Below, one piece after another: positions 12,870-26,469 of a DNA stretch of 64,000 bases (position 1 is its first letter; each line of letters starts with the position of its first letter). A program made the translations under genes and the position numbers. The notes under the pieces are model-generated. The model was not told where the DNA came from, did no database searches, and saw nothing but the letters and a program-made list of their open reading frames with translations. The DNA is from Takakia lepidozioides (Eukaryota; Plantae; Bryophyta), in the NCBI GenBank assembly GCA_030704615.1, contig CM060731.1:59830001-59894000 (forward strand), read 5' to 3'.

Positions 12870-15800
12870 CAAGGCATACATGTCCACCAGGGCAGTGTTC
12901 AAAATGACATCTGGTAATATGACAGGCATTCACCTTTTTGCCTCGGTTGTCCCACTATTGACTGGGGTCAGAAAAGTATTCATTCCACAGCTTCTCCTCA
13001 TCTCTGTTACCTATTTTTGAGTTTTTGAAAAACAGGGTGAAATGTGTTGAAGAAAGCAATGCTTGATTTTATCAATTGTGCAGCTGCTGCTGCAGCTTCC
13101 AGTTGACCATCTACCCATGCAGGTTTCTTGTCTGAGATGGAACTTGCCTACAACGAAGGTGTGCACCCTGTTGCCAACCTCAATGCAGGAGCGACCTGGC
13201 TCCTTTCTAACCCCTTTCACCTTCATCATTCTTCTCACCTTTGCAGTATCATCCCACCTGCTAGCTGCAACATAGATGTTTGATAGCAACACATAAGTCG
13301 CGGCATCCTGTTCATCCCACTTGAGGATAGATGTTGCCGCACGTTCAGCCATCTCCACATTGCCATGGATTCTGCAGGCACCAAGCAAGGCCTTCCACAC
13401 CACAACATCTGGATTGATTCGCATTTTATTAATCAGGTCCACTGCCTCATCCAGTTGTCCCGCACATCCAAGAAGGTCCACCATGCAGCCAAAGTGCTTT
13501 ACTGTCAGAATGACACCATGATCTTGACTCAGGGAATCAAAGTAGAGTCTTCCTTCATTCAGTAGGCCAGTGTGGCTGCATGTAGAGGGAACATATATAA
13601 AGGTGATACTGTTCGGCTTCAAGCCGTTCTTTTGCATTCCTTCAAATAGTTGTAGGACTTTCCTACGACAACCATGCTGGGCATATCCTGCGATCATCAC
13701 GTTCCACGACGCCACATTTCGTTCAGCCATATTGTTGAACACTCCCTTCGCATCCTCAGTGCACCCACATTTGGCATACATGTCCACCAGGGCAGTGTAC
13801 AATTCCAGCTTTGACGATGTCACCATGGACCTCTTTGCCCTTTTCCAGGGCTGCCAGGCTTGCACAGGCATTGCAAACCGAAACAAACGTGATGTGGTCG
13901 GGCTTCACCCCTTCCCCCATCATTTGCTCATAGGTCTCCAAAGCCTCCATCCCGCGCCCTTGCTGTGCATACCCTGCAATCATCACACTCCACGACACCA
14001 AATTTCAATCAGCCAAACTGTTAAACACTCCCTCCGAATCCTCGATGCACCCACATTTTGCATACATGTCCACGAGGGTATTGTTCAGAATCACATCTAG
14101 TACAATTCCTGCTTTTGCGATGCAACCATGCACCTCTTTGCCATTTTCCAGGGCTACCAGGCTTGCAAACGCACAGACGTGATGTGGTCGGGCTTCACCC
14201 CTTCCACCATCATTGCTATAGGCTCCAAAGCCTCCATCCTGCGCCCATGTTGTGCATACCCTGCAAGCATCACGTTCCATAACACCACATTTTATTCATC
14301 CATATTGTGGAACACTGCTGTCGCATCCTCGATGCTCCCACATTTGACATACATGTCCGCGAGGGCATTGTTCAGAATGACATTGGGTACAATTCCAGCT
14401 CTGACAATGGCGCCATGGGCCTCTTTGCCCTTTTCCAGAGCTGCCAGGATTGCACACGTATTGCAAACGCACACAAACGTGATGTGGTTGGGCTTCACCC
14501 CTTCCCCCCATCATTTGCTCATAGGTTTCCAAAGCCTCCACCCCACGTCCCTGCTGTGCATACCCTGCAAGCATCGCGCTCCACGATACCACATCTCATT
14601 TAGCCATATTGTTGAAAACTGCCTTTGCATCCTTAATGCACCCACATTTGGCATACATGTCCACCAGGGCAGTGTTCAGAATGACATTTGGTACGAACGT
14701 GATGTGGTTGGGCTTCACCCCTTCGCGCATCATTTGCTCATAGGTCTCCAAAGCATTCGTACCACACCCATGCTTGGTAAATCCTGCCAACATTATATTC
14801 CACGTGATCAAAGATTGTTGAGGCATTCTGTTGAACACTTGGTGAGCATCCATGATGCTCCCGCACTTAACATACATGTTGGCAGTAGAAAAACATTTGG
14901 CGTGAATCCACTTTGGATAATGTGAGTAAGCACCTGCTTTCCAACTTCAAGGCCTTTCATCTTGATGCACTTATGCGAGAGACAGACATATGTATCTGAA
15001 TCTGCTGAAGTGCCTCCTTGGTTTAAAGTCTGTAGAGCCTCTTTCAGTCTGCCTGCCTCACAAAGCATCATCACATGCCCAGAAGTGCCAGAAGAGGCAT
15101 TGTGGACTCCCTCTCTCGATCCTCTTCCAGAAGCTGTGGTCATGGTTGAGGTGCCTGATTTTATCACCTGTGCCGCTGCAGCTGCTGCCCTTAGTTGACC
15201 ATCTACGCATGCAGGTTTCTTGTAGCTATTGATCCACAGGGAATCATACGTAATCTTAGTGCTTGAAATCTGGCCCTCGTGGATGAATCTGGACCCACAC
15301 TCTATCCCTTCTCCTTCAGCTATCCATGCCTCTGCACAAATCATGCATTTGTTTTTGCCCTTGCTACTAGTAGCTGACAATGACAGCCTAGGAAATACCC
15401 AATCACACTAGTTCCTATGTTGAGTTGTATCTGCTACTCTCTGTCATCTAACAGGCATTCAACTTTTTGCCTCGGTTGTCCCACCATTGACTGGGGTCAA
15501 CAAAATATTCATTCCACACCTTCTCCTCATCTCTATTACATGTTTTTGGATACTTTCCTGTTATCACATTGGCAGTATCATGTTAAAGTCATTCCAAACC
15601 AGATTCACTCAACCAGCTAACTTGCAGAATTCAACATGGAAATTTAGGGCCGATTCTGACAAGAGGAAAAAACAGGGTGAAATGTGTTGAAGAAGGTGCC
15701 TTCATTAGCAGTGCCTTGTTCTATCCATTGTGCGGCTACTGCTGCTGTTTCCAGTTGACCATGTACCCACGAAGATTTCTTGTAGTTATGGATCCACATG

Positions 15801-16375
15801 GAATCAAAAGTAATCTTGTGTTTGAAATCCGGCCCTCTTGGATGAATCTGGACCTCTATCCCTAGTCCTTCAGCTATCCCTGCCTGTGTTCAAACCAAAG
15901 CTTCTCCTACCTCTGTAATCTATTTTGGATACTTGGATATTTTCCTGCTGCCACATCGGCAAACCACCACAGATACACCCAACGAGCTAATTTACAGAAT
16001 TCAATATGCATCTCAGGGCCGAGTCTGATGAGAGGGCAAAACAGGTTGAAATAGGTCGAAGAAGAAGGTGCCCTCACCACATTGTCCTTGACCTTGTGGC
16101 ATGACCCATGGAGGATTTGACCATCAACCCAAAAGGACCCTTGTGTGTGCTGCTTGTGTCTGTAGTAAGGTGATGTCGGATTGGTCTGTGAGAACCACCA
16201 CGGTGCAGCTGACAGAGATTGAAACACGGCCTGCTAAGACCGAGCTGACTCTCGCAAGAACCTTGTAAACATAATCAGGAAGAATATCAAATCATGGTAC
16301 TAATAGGAGCCAAGAGCCCACATGTACAGGATGGACAAACTTCTTCACATCGTGCATTAAGAAAAAGCCACACCT
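12870..16375 (-). pseudogene. PLS-E(+) PPR gene copy with long N-terminal leader; multiple frameshifts; truncated after the PG box
   Basis: Leader at about 15100-16300, repeated P-L-S motifs at 13500-15000, E1/E2 and KEPGRSCIEVGNRVHTF at about 13150-13420, then fused to scrambled leader modules. Confidence 0.9.
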
Positions 16376-16818
16376 TGCGATTGCGGCCTTCATGCAGAGA
16401 AGCCTGAGAGACAGCTCGAGAACTCATTTTTGATTCGGGCAGTCCGGGCAGATTCTAAACAAAATGACGACGATGACTGGCTATGTTGATGTGGCACTAT
16501 GACACCCTATATCTGCTCTACGCTAAACGTTCGGTCCGCTGCCGGTTCTTTGTTTTTTTTTAGAACTTCGGTTATATATCCAAATAACCTTCTTGACAAC
16601 CTCCGACGGTTTGTAGCTGAGTCAAAGAACCTCCCAACACTCGTTAAAATGTCCATAGGAGTGAGAATGGTACCTAGTAGGCCAATTTGATGCACTAAGG
16701 GTGGACAGCAAATAGTGGGCAAGAAAATTCATAAGTTGGCCATCAGCAAACAATATTGCAAGGGAAAAAACTCAGGGTTTATTAAGGTAAATCCAAAAAC
16801 AATGTAAGAGATATCTTG

Positions 16819-16883
16819 TCAGTGTGGATTCGAACCCAGGACCATAGAAACCCAGTGCCCTAACTGGTGGCTAGAACGGCTGA
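16819..16883 (-). other. tRNA-like / SINE-head remnant
   Basis: B-box GGTTCGAATCC, A-box-like TAGCCACCAGTTAG and TCAG...CTGA pairing ends; no convincing anticodon arm. Confidence 0.35.
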
Positions 16884-16909
16884 GGGCTATGAAAGAGGGC
16901 ACATGTAGA

Positions 16910-16918
16910 TTAGGGTTT
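16910..16918 (+). promoter_or_regulatory. Telo-box (TTAGGGTTT) upstream of RPS4
   Basis: AAACCCTA motif about 120 bp upstream of a ribosomal protein ATG; a known feature of plant translation-machinery promoters. Confidence 0.6.
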
Positions 16919-17036
16919 CTTTTTCGTGGCTGCTTGTGCTCAAGCTCCTGCCGCCATCGCTGCTGTGTGTGTTCTCGCTGTGGTGTAGAAGGGCGGTGGT
17001 TGCTTCGGGCAAGCCGTCAGCGAGGAGCTTGCAGCT

Positions 17037-18995
17037 ATGGTACAGTCCCTCATCCCATGACGCAAAGGAAATCTAGACACTACATCTCTTATTGCACAGA
17101 ACCGAGGGACACTCTCAATGATGTTTTGAGATTTTTTCATGGAAGACGGGTGAAGGGCTCACTGTATCGGGGCGTATGGAATGCAGGCTCGTGGTTTGAA
17201 GAAGCATCTGAAGAGGCTCAATGCCCCCAAACATTGGATGCTTGCTAAGCTCGGTGGTGTTTTTGTAAGTGAACTTGACGAGAGTTGCCAACAGCGTCGT
17301 CCATTTTGTTGAGTGCGATTTTTTTTTTCCTTCTTGGATCTGACCAAGATCATCCTGGGTGTCGGAACGTGATTTGTGATCATTCTTGACCGTCCGCACT
17401 AAGAACAGATGTGTATCTGTGTACTTGATCTTAGTCTGTTAGGCTGCTTTAATATGTGGTCGCTCGCCAGGCACCCAAGCCATCACCAGGGCCTCACAAG
17501 GAGAGAGAATGCCTGCCGCTGGTGGTGATGTTGAGGAACAGACTCAAGTATGCCCTCACTTACAGAGAAGTGGTTGCAATCGTCATGCAACGCCTGATCG
17601 AAGTAGATGGAAAAGTTCGTACCGACAAGTGCTATCCAGCTGGCTTCATGGGTGAGTATCTGTATCATATCCAACGTACCGTGGATAAGTAACTTTCATG
17701 CTCCTACTACTAGAACGGTACAATGGTTAACTGATGTCAGGAGCTCGATATCAGTAAAACCAGCATTTTCAGTTTTAGGGTAGCATGTTACTGTTTACGA
17801 ATTCCCGTTGGCAGTTCTGGAAGAAGGGTTCTTTGAGAGTTGACTTCGAAAATTTTAGTTGGTTATGATGTCTTAGGGAAGAGTGGAAGGGAGATGTAGC
17901 CTTGCAATAGGAAAAAGATTATGCACATTTCTAACATCTAAAGCCTGCACGAGTACTTGTCTCTAACAGTGATGATAGGTGGATGTGTCCCTGTTATTTT
18001 GGTCTGTCACTAGCTCTTTCGGTTGTTCCAATTCTGGCTTATGGATGACATGGACTCTGACAAAGACGCCATTTAATGCCTTGCAGATGTTATCTCGATT
18101 GCTAAAACAAACGAGAACTTCCGGCTCTTGTACGACAGCAAGGGACGTTTCACTCTCCACCACGTCAGTGCAGAGGAGGCAAAGGTATGAGACTTGTGTG
18201 GAGTGAAGATTTTGCCAGTGTCTTTAGCCTCTATTCAAGCACTATAAGTTGACCTGGCAAGAGATGAGTGACACTGCTCAATTCAAGGTTCCTTCTTTTT
18301 ATGTGTTTTTGTTTTGCTGTGGAATGCAGTACAAGCTGTGCAAAGTGCGTGCAGCTCAGTTTGGTGACAAAGGTGTGCCCTATATCAGCACCTTTGATGG
18401 TCGCACCATCAGGTAGGGATTTCCACCAAATGTTTATCAGCGTTGAACCCCAGTGATTCACTGGGACATTTGAAACTACAAAATCCGTGATTTTTGCAGC
18501 ATGGGTTGTTTAATTCTGATGTGTCTGCAAGGACCAATTTTTGTACTGCAAGGTGATTTGTCTCTTTCTTCATTTCTCAGATATATAAGCATGAAGGCTC
18601 GCACCAGCTTTGATGAAGTATTTCTGACTTGAAAGTGTTCCTTCAGATATCCTGACCCCCTCATCAAAGTCAATGACACAGTCAAAATCAACATCGAGAC
18701 TGGCAAGGTGGTGGAGTTTATCAAGTTCAACATTGGCAACATTGTCATGGTGACTGGGGGGCGCAACAGAGGGCGTGTCGGAGTCATCCATCACCGTGAA
18801 AAGCATAAGGGAAGCTTTGACATTATCCATGTCACTGATGCTGTGGGTCACCAGTTTGCCACTCGAATGGGAAATGTGTTCACCATTGGGCAGGGAACCA
18901 AGCCCTGGGTGACCTTGCCGCGAGGCAAGGGTATCAAGCTCTCAATTGTGGAGGAGGCAAAGAAGCGTGCTGTTTCTTCTAAAGTTGCTGCCTAG
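17037..18995 (+). CDS. RPS4: 40S ribosomal protein S4 (eS4); 6 exons (17037-17039, 17187-17264, 17471-17651, 18087-18184, 18330-18412, 18647-18995); 263 aa
   Basis: Spliced CDS of 792 nt, all introns GT-AG: [78 protein letters not shown]. Confidence 0.98.
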
Positions 18996-20469
18996 GGTGT
19001 ACTTTGCGAAATCTCTTTCACAGAGATGGTTTTTTATATGGAAATGTGGCATTTTTCTTATTGAGCAGAGGCTTTTCAGAATATTGTGCTCAAAGTATGC
19101 TCCACCCGCAATGTCATTTTATACCTCTCTGGTCAATTCATTGATGGGTCCGTTGTTTGAGAAGTTGGTGAGTAGTTTACTAGTGCAGATGGAAACTCAT
19201 ACACCAGTCTCCTCTTGTCCTCAGAACTAAATGCCTCGTGTCTGCCTTGGAGGATTGGTGCCTTCTGCAAACCCAAATATTTCTTATCATTTTGTTCCTC
19301 AAATATTAGATACCAGGCTTACATCAACTTTTTGTTTGTAACTTTCGAATTACCATAAGACCTTATAGAAATTGTGGAACCTGAGGTGCAGTAAGCCAAC
19401 TACTGTCCAGTGTGGAAGCATGCTTGCTGGGTTAGAAAACTGGTAGTGCTTGTGTTATCACTGTTGTCTAACCTTGGCCACTTGCATGCTACCCATGTTG
19501 GTTTCACAGTGCATTGTTTCCTTGCGGCAGTAAATGTAGTTGGCCCTGAGTATCTGATTGCAGTGTTGCGTGGTAGGCAGTTGGTTTGGCTGTGATCTCT
19601 TCACTGGTTTTCGTGACTTTTGAGAGTTGCCACCTGTCTAAGCAGGAGGATTCAGCAATCCTGCAGGATGCATTCTCCATGTGGAACCATAGAAGAGTGC
19701 TGTCTTGGCACTTTTGCAGTTGCTAGGTTGGTTTCTGGGTATGTAGCAGTGTTGGACTGGTATCAGGTTTTGCTTATACCAGGTAGGTTCCTGGTAGGAA
19801 GCAATTTTGTTTTTGTGCTCTGGTAGGTTGTTAAATAATGTGTTGGATGTGTTTGGCTGGTATGTAGCTTGTTTGGACTTTGGACATCAAAATTCATATT
19901 GAACTGGTGGCAAGCAATGTTAAGTAATTACAGATGCTGATATATGTTACTTTGCAAGCATGTGCCTGCAGGGTTTTTGTACTTGGATACATCATCAGTG
20001 ATTTGGATATGAGTCTGGCAGACTGTGAGCTAGAGGTGTTTTTTAAAAGTCTTAATAGTAATTGTTTTCCAGGACTGTTCACTTACAGCCTTGTTACAGG
20101 CCTTGGTATGCACATGTGAATTCCAGAAGAATAATTGTGAGTCATTTGGCCCCAGATACAAAGGCTGGTGTAAGTAGGAGCAGTTAGCTACAAATGGGTT
20201 ATGGGTTCATTATCCAGGTGATTGTAGCTTGTAACCTGGATCAAATTGTGCACCTCCTTGAAAATTTCCCTTCCAGAGTCCAGGGAGGTACAAGTTTCAA
20301 CTTGCAACCCCTACAGAGTATCTGCAAGTGTGCCCACTCCTGCAGTCTGCCAACAACTGAAATAATGTTGTCTATACCTCACTACTGCATTGTGAGGTAT
20401 GAGATACTACCTAGGCCAGTTCACAACTTTTCGCAAACCTGTTGCACGCACATTTGAAGTACTAAAATA

Positions 20470-21820
20470 CACTTAATACTGCATTTTGCTTGTTTCACAA
20501 GTAATACAAACCCAATTTGGAAGTGGTGAAAACACTTTGGACATTTTGGGAGTAACCACCACACCCCAAGATTCTGGATGATGTGAATAGTTGCACTAGA
20601 GGATATCTGATCAGCCCAAAAGCAACAGCCAGCTTCTCACTAAGAGCATGGCCAGCAAGGGCCATTTCAGACTCGCCAACTCCATTCTGCCGTGGCCTGC
20701 GGGTTTGGGGCTCTCCCCGCGTCCCCAGCAACACCATCCCACTCCTTATAGTGCCAGCAGTCTCGCAAATCCACACTTCAAGCATGGCATGTAGAATTCC
20801 GTTGCTGTCCCCAAAAACCCCCCACGGCAACGACTTATCCGGGCATTATCCGGGCATTCTCGCTCACAGGTGGCGTGGTAGGTGGCAGGACCCACAAGTC
20901 AACGTAACCATCTCAGCCTGTTGCGCATCTCAGCCGTGCTCCCAGCGGGGGAGGGGGGGGGGTTTGCCATGGGAGGCTGCCATGTTGTTGGCCTTCACAT
21001 CAGCTGCCACACTACTATATGGGCTCTGGGCCCAAAATGGACTAGTATAATGCCGTTGGCGTGTCTGTTTACCGCACCACTGCTGGTCATTGTCTAAGGT
21101 GCCCGAGTGAAAATGCCTTTTGCTCCTCCAAATTATGTAACACAAGCCATGTGTCAGGCACATACCCAGCCTCCTTCATGTGCTAAGAAAACCTCAAGTC
21201 ACCATGAATTTCCTTAATTTGTGGATGAACTTTGTCTTGTACAACAAATATATGTGCCTGATTGTCAACCTCAACGCAGCTGCGGCATGCAGGCCCTTTT
21301 CTGACAGCAGGAAAGCAGGTAAATGCCCACAATATCCAAAGTGGATTCAAGCCCAACATCATTCTACTCAACACCCTTGTCAACATGTATGCTACGTGTG
21401 GGAGTCTGGTGGACGCGTGCTAAGTGTTCCAAAGAATGCGTGATTGAGATGTGTTTACGTGGACTATAATGACTACAGGATGGGTGTGGTAAGGAAGCTT
21501 TTAGTATCTATGACCAAATGCAACTCAAAGGGGTGGCGCCGAACATGATGACTTTCATTTGTGTCCCCAATGCGTGTGCCAGCCTACGAACACTCGAGAA
21601 GGGTAAGTAGGTCCATGCCGACATTAGCAAGAGTGGGATTTTGTCTAGTACCATTCTGGAGACTGCCCTTGTTATGCCAAATGTGGGAACATGAAAGATG
21701 CATGTCAAGCGTTCAACCATATGGATAAAACCAAATGAGGTCACATGGAGCACAATGATCGCAGGATATACCCAGCTGTTTGCTGCTGGGAAGTGGGATG
21801 ACCAAGCAAAGATGAGGAAA
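20470..21820. pseudogene. Older rearranged PPR-DYW remnant: PPR motifs on + (about 21300-21800), DYW pieces on - (about 20500-20650 and 21095-21270), split by a ~440 bp unrelated insert
   Basis: + strand: IQSGFKPNIILLNTLVNMYATCGSLVDA..GVAPNMMTFICVPNACASL. - strand: [26 protein letters not shown] and SEKLAVAFGLI. Confidence 0.8.
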
Positions 21821-22604
21821 ACGTTTTAATTCTGATGCACCCCTACAAGAGATAGAGATAATATTTTCAAATGGAGAGCCTCTTTCAGTTGTCCTACCTT
21901 GCAGAGGTCTCTTTAATCCCCACAAAAGCTAGAATAGTTCTTGTTGACTTGCTCATTTTTCCCTTTTGCAGGGGTGATGGTGGAGGTGGTACTCTTACTA
22001 TAAGTCTGATTTGTCACAAGAAATTGTGACGTCCTATTTCAATCTTGCCATCCTGCATGCCTCAAAACTCTTAATACAGAGCTGGTGTGCACATAGAACA
22101 AATCAATACCCAGAGATGTAACTTTTCACGACAATTGTACAAACCTATAGCCATTGATTCAACCGTTAGAGATTTAGCAATGCCAAATTCCATCCACCAA
22201 GTTAGTATCAAAATAATATGATCCATTGTATCCTTGGCATGACACAAAGGCGGTTTGACCAACTCTCCCTCCAAAGACCCGCCTTTTTACAGTTATGTCT
22301 TAAGTTGCATAAGTCTCATGATCTTGCACTTCTCTATAACACCAAGAATAGGTAGCTAAGCAAACAATGCTCCGCGCATCTTTCAAATAGGGAACAACCA
22401 TGCACAACAAACTTTCTGCCCTATAGACAAGGAAGAACAATGTACGGATAGAAAACAGGAAGAAATTAGATGTTAGACATGAGACCCAAGAATATATATA
22501 CTAAACAACTTGAACATATTCATGCTAGCTCCAATCAGAAGTCAAGACTCTTTCACATCATAAAGCCTCACCTTATCCATACTGTTGTGCAAACATGTGA
22601 AGGA

Positions 22605-23191
22605 TGTTCCGATCATAGTCCAGAGGAACTTACCAGGAATAAATACTAGAAGTTACCAAGTTACCATGTTTATCGTGATCTATCATAATCTACCATGATT
22701 TACCATAAGTTACCATAAGTTACCAAGTCACCGGAAGTTTATCAAATTACCGAGAGAAACTTGGGAAACTGCTCAGGAAGCTTCATTTGGAGGAAGTTTC
22801 TCTATCAAGAAACATTTGTTTAACCTTGGAAACTGCTCCATAAAGAAACCTCCTTTGGAGAAGTCTCTTAGGGAACCTCCTAATAGCCAGTATATATAGA
22901 AGACGAGACTGGACACTCTTCAGTCTCGACAGCACAAGTTCAAACTACTCTTGTTTCCAGTTCCCAGTACTCTAGCCCAGTTTCCAGTATTTGGTACTCC
23001 AGTCCAGTTTCCAGCATTCCAGTATTCAAGTCGTGTTCCAATATCTTGTACTCTTGTTCATTGTTATAAAGATTGTCTTTATTCCTATTTACTCATCATA
23101 CATTCGACCATGCAGACCTTGAGGTTCTTGCTAGTCTTCTACCTCTCGTCTGATCTTTTGTTTATGTTCAGTCATGTTCTCGTCCTTGACA
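22605..23191 (+). repeat. Gypsy 5' LTR
   Basis: Homologous to 23521-23864 (reverse) and 38728-39047 (direct); contains a TATA box and GTTACCA and TCCAG micro-repeats. Confidence 0.9.
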
Positions 23192-23442
23192 GGTTGGCGA
23201 GACTGAAGTTTGTTCCTTAGTTAGTTAAGATAAAAGACACATTTGCAGAAATGGTCGCCACAATGCAGAGTCTGAAACTCCTGATGCAAGAACTTCGTTA
23301 CATCTAATGCCCAAACTACAAGTTGGATCAGTCTCAAGATCTTAGCACCACTTCTCAACATTTGCAACAACAAATTTCAGAGTTGAAGGAGTCGAATAAT
23401 GGATCTTCAACCTTACGAGTCCATATTACAACAACTCCTACT

Positions 23443-23520
23443 CACTACAAGAGATGAGCGTTTTTTTTTAGGACTACGGCTTTGGCGGAGTCATAAAAAC
23501 TGCACTAGGTACATGACTAC
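23443..23520 (+). mobile_element. Orphaned CACTA terminus
   Basis: CACTA TIR plus GACTAC motifs interrupting gypsy gag; ends abruptly against inverted LTR sequence. Confidence 0.88.
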
Positions 23521-23890
23521 GAAGTTTCCAAGGTTAAACAAAGCTTTCTTGATGGAGGAGTTTCCTTAAACAAGGATGGTATCTTGATGGAGAAGTTTCA
23601 TTAAACCAAAGAGGTATCTTGATGGAGAAATTTCATTAAACAAATGAAGTATCTTGATGGAGAAGTTTCCTCCAAAATAAGCTTCCTGAGCAGTTTCCCA
23701 AGTTATTCTCGATAATTTGTAAAACCCGGTGACTTGATAACTAATGGTAACTTATGATAAATCATAGTAGATCATAATAAATCACGATAATTTTCGGTAA
23801 CATGGTAATTTGGTAACTTCTAGTATTTACTCCTGATAAGTTCTTCTGGGCTATGTCCGTGACATCACCCCTCCTCTAGCGCTGAGTTGC

Positions 23891-24292
23891 TTAGAGCTGG
23901 AGAAAATCCAAAATCCGGCGAATGGTACTTGCCAAGTATTCGGCTCTTCGTTCTTGATTCAAATGATTTATAGGTCCCTGTAACCATCGATAGTGTCCAA
24001 CACCTTGAATTTGGGACCACGCAATTATTTGAGCATTCTGATTTTCGAAACTGCCGTCAAATATGATTTCATTGCCCCCTGGGTTCGAAGCCTCAACCTC
24101 CAACAGAATTATCAGACTTCGAGTATGCTCCATTTGCCATCGTACGAGATCCAGACGAGGAACTACACGTCGAATTGGTGGCCCATCATCTCGAGAGTGT
24201 CGGCGTGATGTTGAAGGTCGTGAGAGTCGGAACGGCTGATCTAGTAGTTGGGTAAGTGACAGCTCGAATGTATTTAGTTCATGTGACTCCAT
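23891..24292 (-). CDS. Additional 133-aa ORF of unknown function in the gypsy 3' region
   Basis: Uninterrupted ATG-to-stop ORF (MESHELNTFELS...RRILDFLQL) between the chromodomain and the PPT, sense to pol. Confidence 0.45.
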   Translation of the reverse strand: MESHELNTFELSLTQLLDQPFRLSRPSTSRRHSRDDGPPIRRVVPRLDLVRWQMEHTRSLIILLEVEASNPGGNEIIFDGSFENQNAQIIAWSQIQGVGHYRWLQGPINHLNQERRAEYLASTIRRILDFLQL

Positions 24293-24422
24293 ACTGCCAA
24301 TACAAGATGTAAGAGTGCTGGAACTGTAGCTATATATATTGATGTGTGGTGCTTCTGCCTCCTTAGCGTGTATCAGGTACACTGAATGTGGAGTTTTCAC
24401 CTTGAAGCTAACTTGGCTGACA

Positions 24423-26448
24423 TCATCGTTGTGACGTCTTATTGAGGTGTAGCTCGGGGCTTAGCTGGATATCGTTGATGAAACTTTGGACTTTGTCAGA
24501 TGCATTGGCGAGGTTGGATGAAGGTTCCCACGTTCGTTCGCTGATGTCGTAGCCTTTCCAATGTACAAAATACTCAAGACGTTTATACTTGATACGAGAG
24601 TCTAGGACTTCGTCGACTTCATACTCAATTTCTTGATTGACGTTGATTGGTGGAGGTGGTACGGAGACTCTCCTTGGAATATTCGATGGATGATACAACT
24701 CTAATAATGAAACATGAAAGACTGGATGGATGCACATACTTCGTGGGAGTTCAAGCCGAAAACTGATTTATTTGTCGAGTAATTTTGAATGGCTCCAGGC
24801 GTTGATAATCCAACTTCCTTGATGGTCGCGAGGTTTGTATGTCCCGTCGAAGAAGCCACATAGGATCTCCGACCTTGAATTGGGGTTGGAGTTGACGATG
24901 TTGATCTGCATACTCCTTGTATTGTTTTTGAGCTTCTGCGAGGCGGAATGTAAGCTCCTTGTGAATCGTAGCAAGATGAGTATCAAGGTTTTCTGCAGCA
25001 GGGCTTCCAACAGTTTTCATGTGGAAAAGGTTTGCTCGAGGATGATGACCATAATTGGAGAAAAATGGAGTTTGCTTGGTCGAAGAATATATAGTGTTGT
25101 TGTAGGCAAACTCAGCTAATGGCAGAAGGTTCGTCCAATTATCTTGGTGATAATTTATCGTACAACGAAGATATTGCTCCAAATCCTGGTTTACGCATTC
25201 GGTTTCATCATTAGTCTGTGGATGATTAGCTATAGAGAGGTTGATCTTAGTATCCAATATGTGAAATAATTCCCTCCAGAAATTTGATATAAACTGTGGT
25301 CCTCGATCAGATACGATGTCCTTCGGGAGTCCATGAATGCGGTAGATATTATTGAGGAAGAGTCTTGCAGTTTCCTCGCCTGTAACCGTCTTATTACATG
25401 GAATGGAATGTGTCATATTCGTAAAACGATCCACAATAACAAGGATTGAGTCGCTAAAACACGCTGAAGCGCCCGAGTCCAAAAGTGTTTCTACGGAGAT
25501 ATCTCGATTTTGCATCCTAATCTTTACTGGAACTTTGAAACAAGGTACAGGTTCTGGAGGTAGAAAGAGACATTTTTTTTTTGAGGAATTTGGGATGTCC
25601 AATCGCATGGTCCCAACTGTAACTGGACATCTTCGTTTTTCGACCTCCTCGTACGAACACTTGAGTTGTGCCCCGAACTTTAAATCTTCTTTTGTTGGGG
25701 CAGTTTAATGTTATGTAATCATCTTCTCCGCAATAAAGACATAATCCATTCGAGCGCCGTCTTTGTTTTCTTGTGGCGTCAATGGCTTGAATCGGACAGC
25801 ATCAATCTATATAGGATCATTACCGGATGTCTGATGGATCGTTGTGTTTGGTGCTGTAGTAGGAGCGGCATGGTGCGCCGTCGACCATCCAGATCGCTTC
25901 TTTTACGTCTTTCGAAAAAACGATTATCGCATGCAATGACTTGGGTGATGAATTTGCTCAGTGTACTCATGTTTGGCATTGTCAGCAACAAATCTTTTAC
26001 ATCTTCTTTTAGGCCACATCGAAACTGACTAATGATGCTCTTCTCATTCCAGTCGAGGTCACATGCAAGTTGTCAAAATTCGGCAGCATAAACGGAAGCT
26101 GGACGTGCTCATTTTTGAAGATTTCGCATCTTTGTCTCTGCAACTCTCTCTCTACCATTCTCTCCAAACGTTGCAATGAACTCGGAAATGAACGCTCCAA
26201 AATTGTATAGTAAATACAAATTTTTCTCTAATAGCGGTGCAAACCAAGATTTGGCATGCCTGATAGAAAGGTGCCCACGAATCCCATTGAATACCTTCAT
26301 TAAGGTAGCGTTGTGGATGTAGTCGTATGAACAATCGTACTTGTTGAACAAAACAGCGAAATCTTGATCTCGTCCCTTCAAATTTCTCGGGCATGCTGAC
26401 TTTTGGTTCCCTTGTAATCTATTGAAGATTTAGAGGAACCGTTGCAGT
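24423..26448 (-). pseudogene. Gypsy gag-PR-[deletion]-IN-chromodomain, frameshifted
   Basis: EPKVSMPEKFEG gag start; protease motif joined directly to the integrase core at about 25455; IHPVFHVSLL followed by the chromodomain. Confidence 0.92.
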
Positions 26449-26469
26449 CACTACAACAGATGAGTGTTT

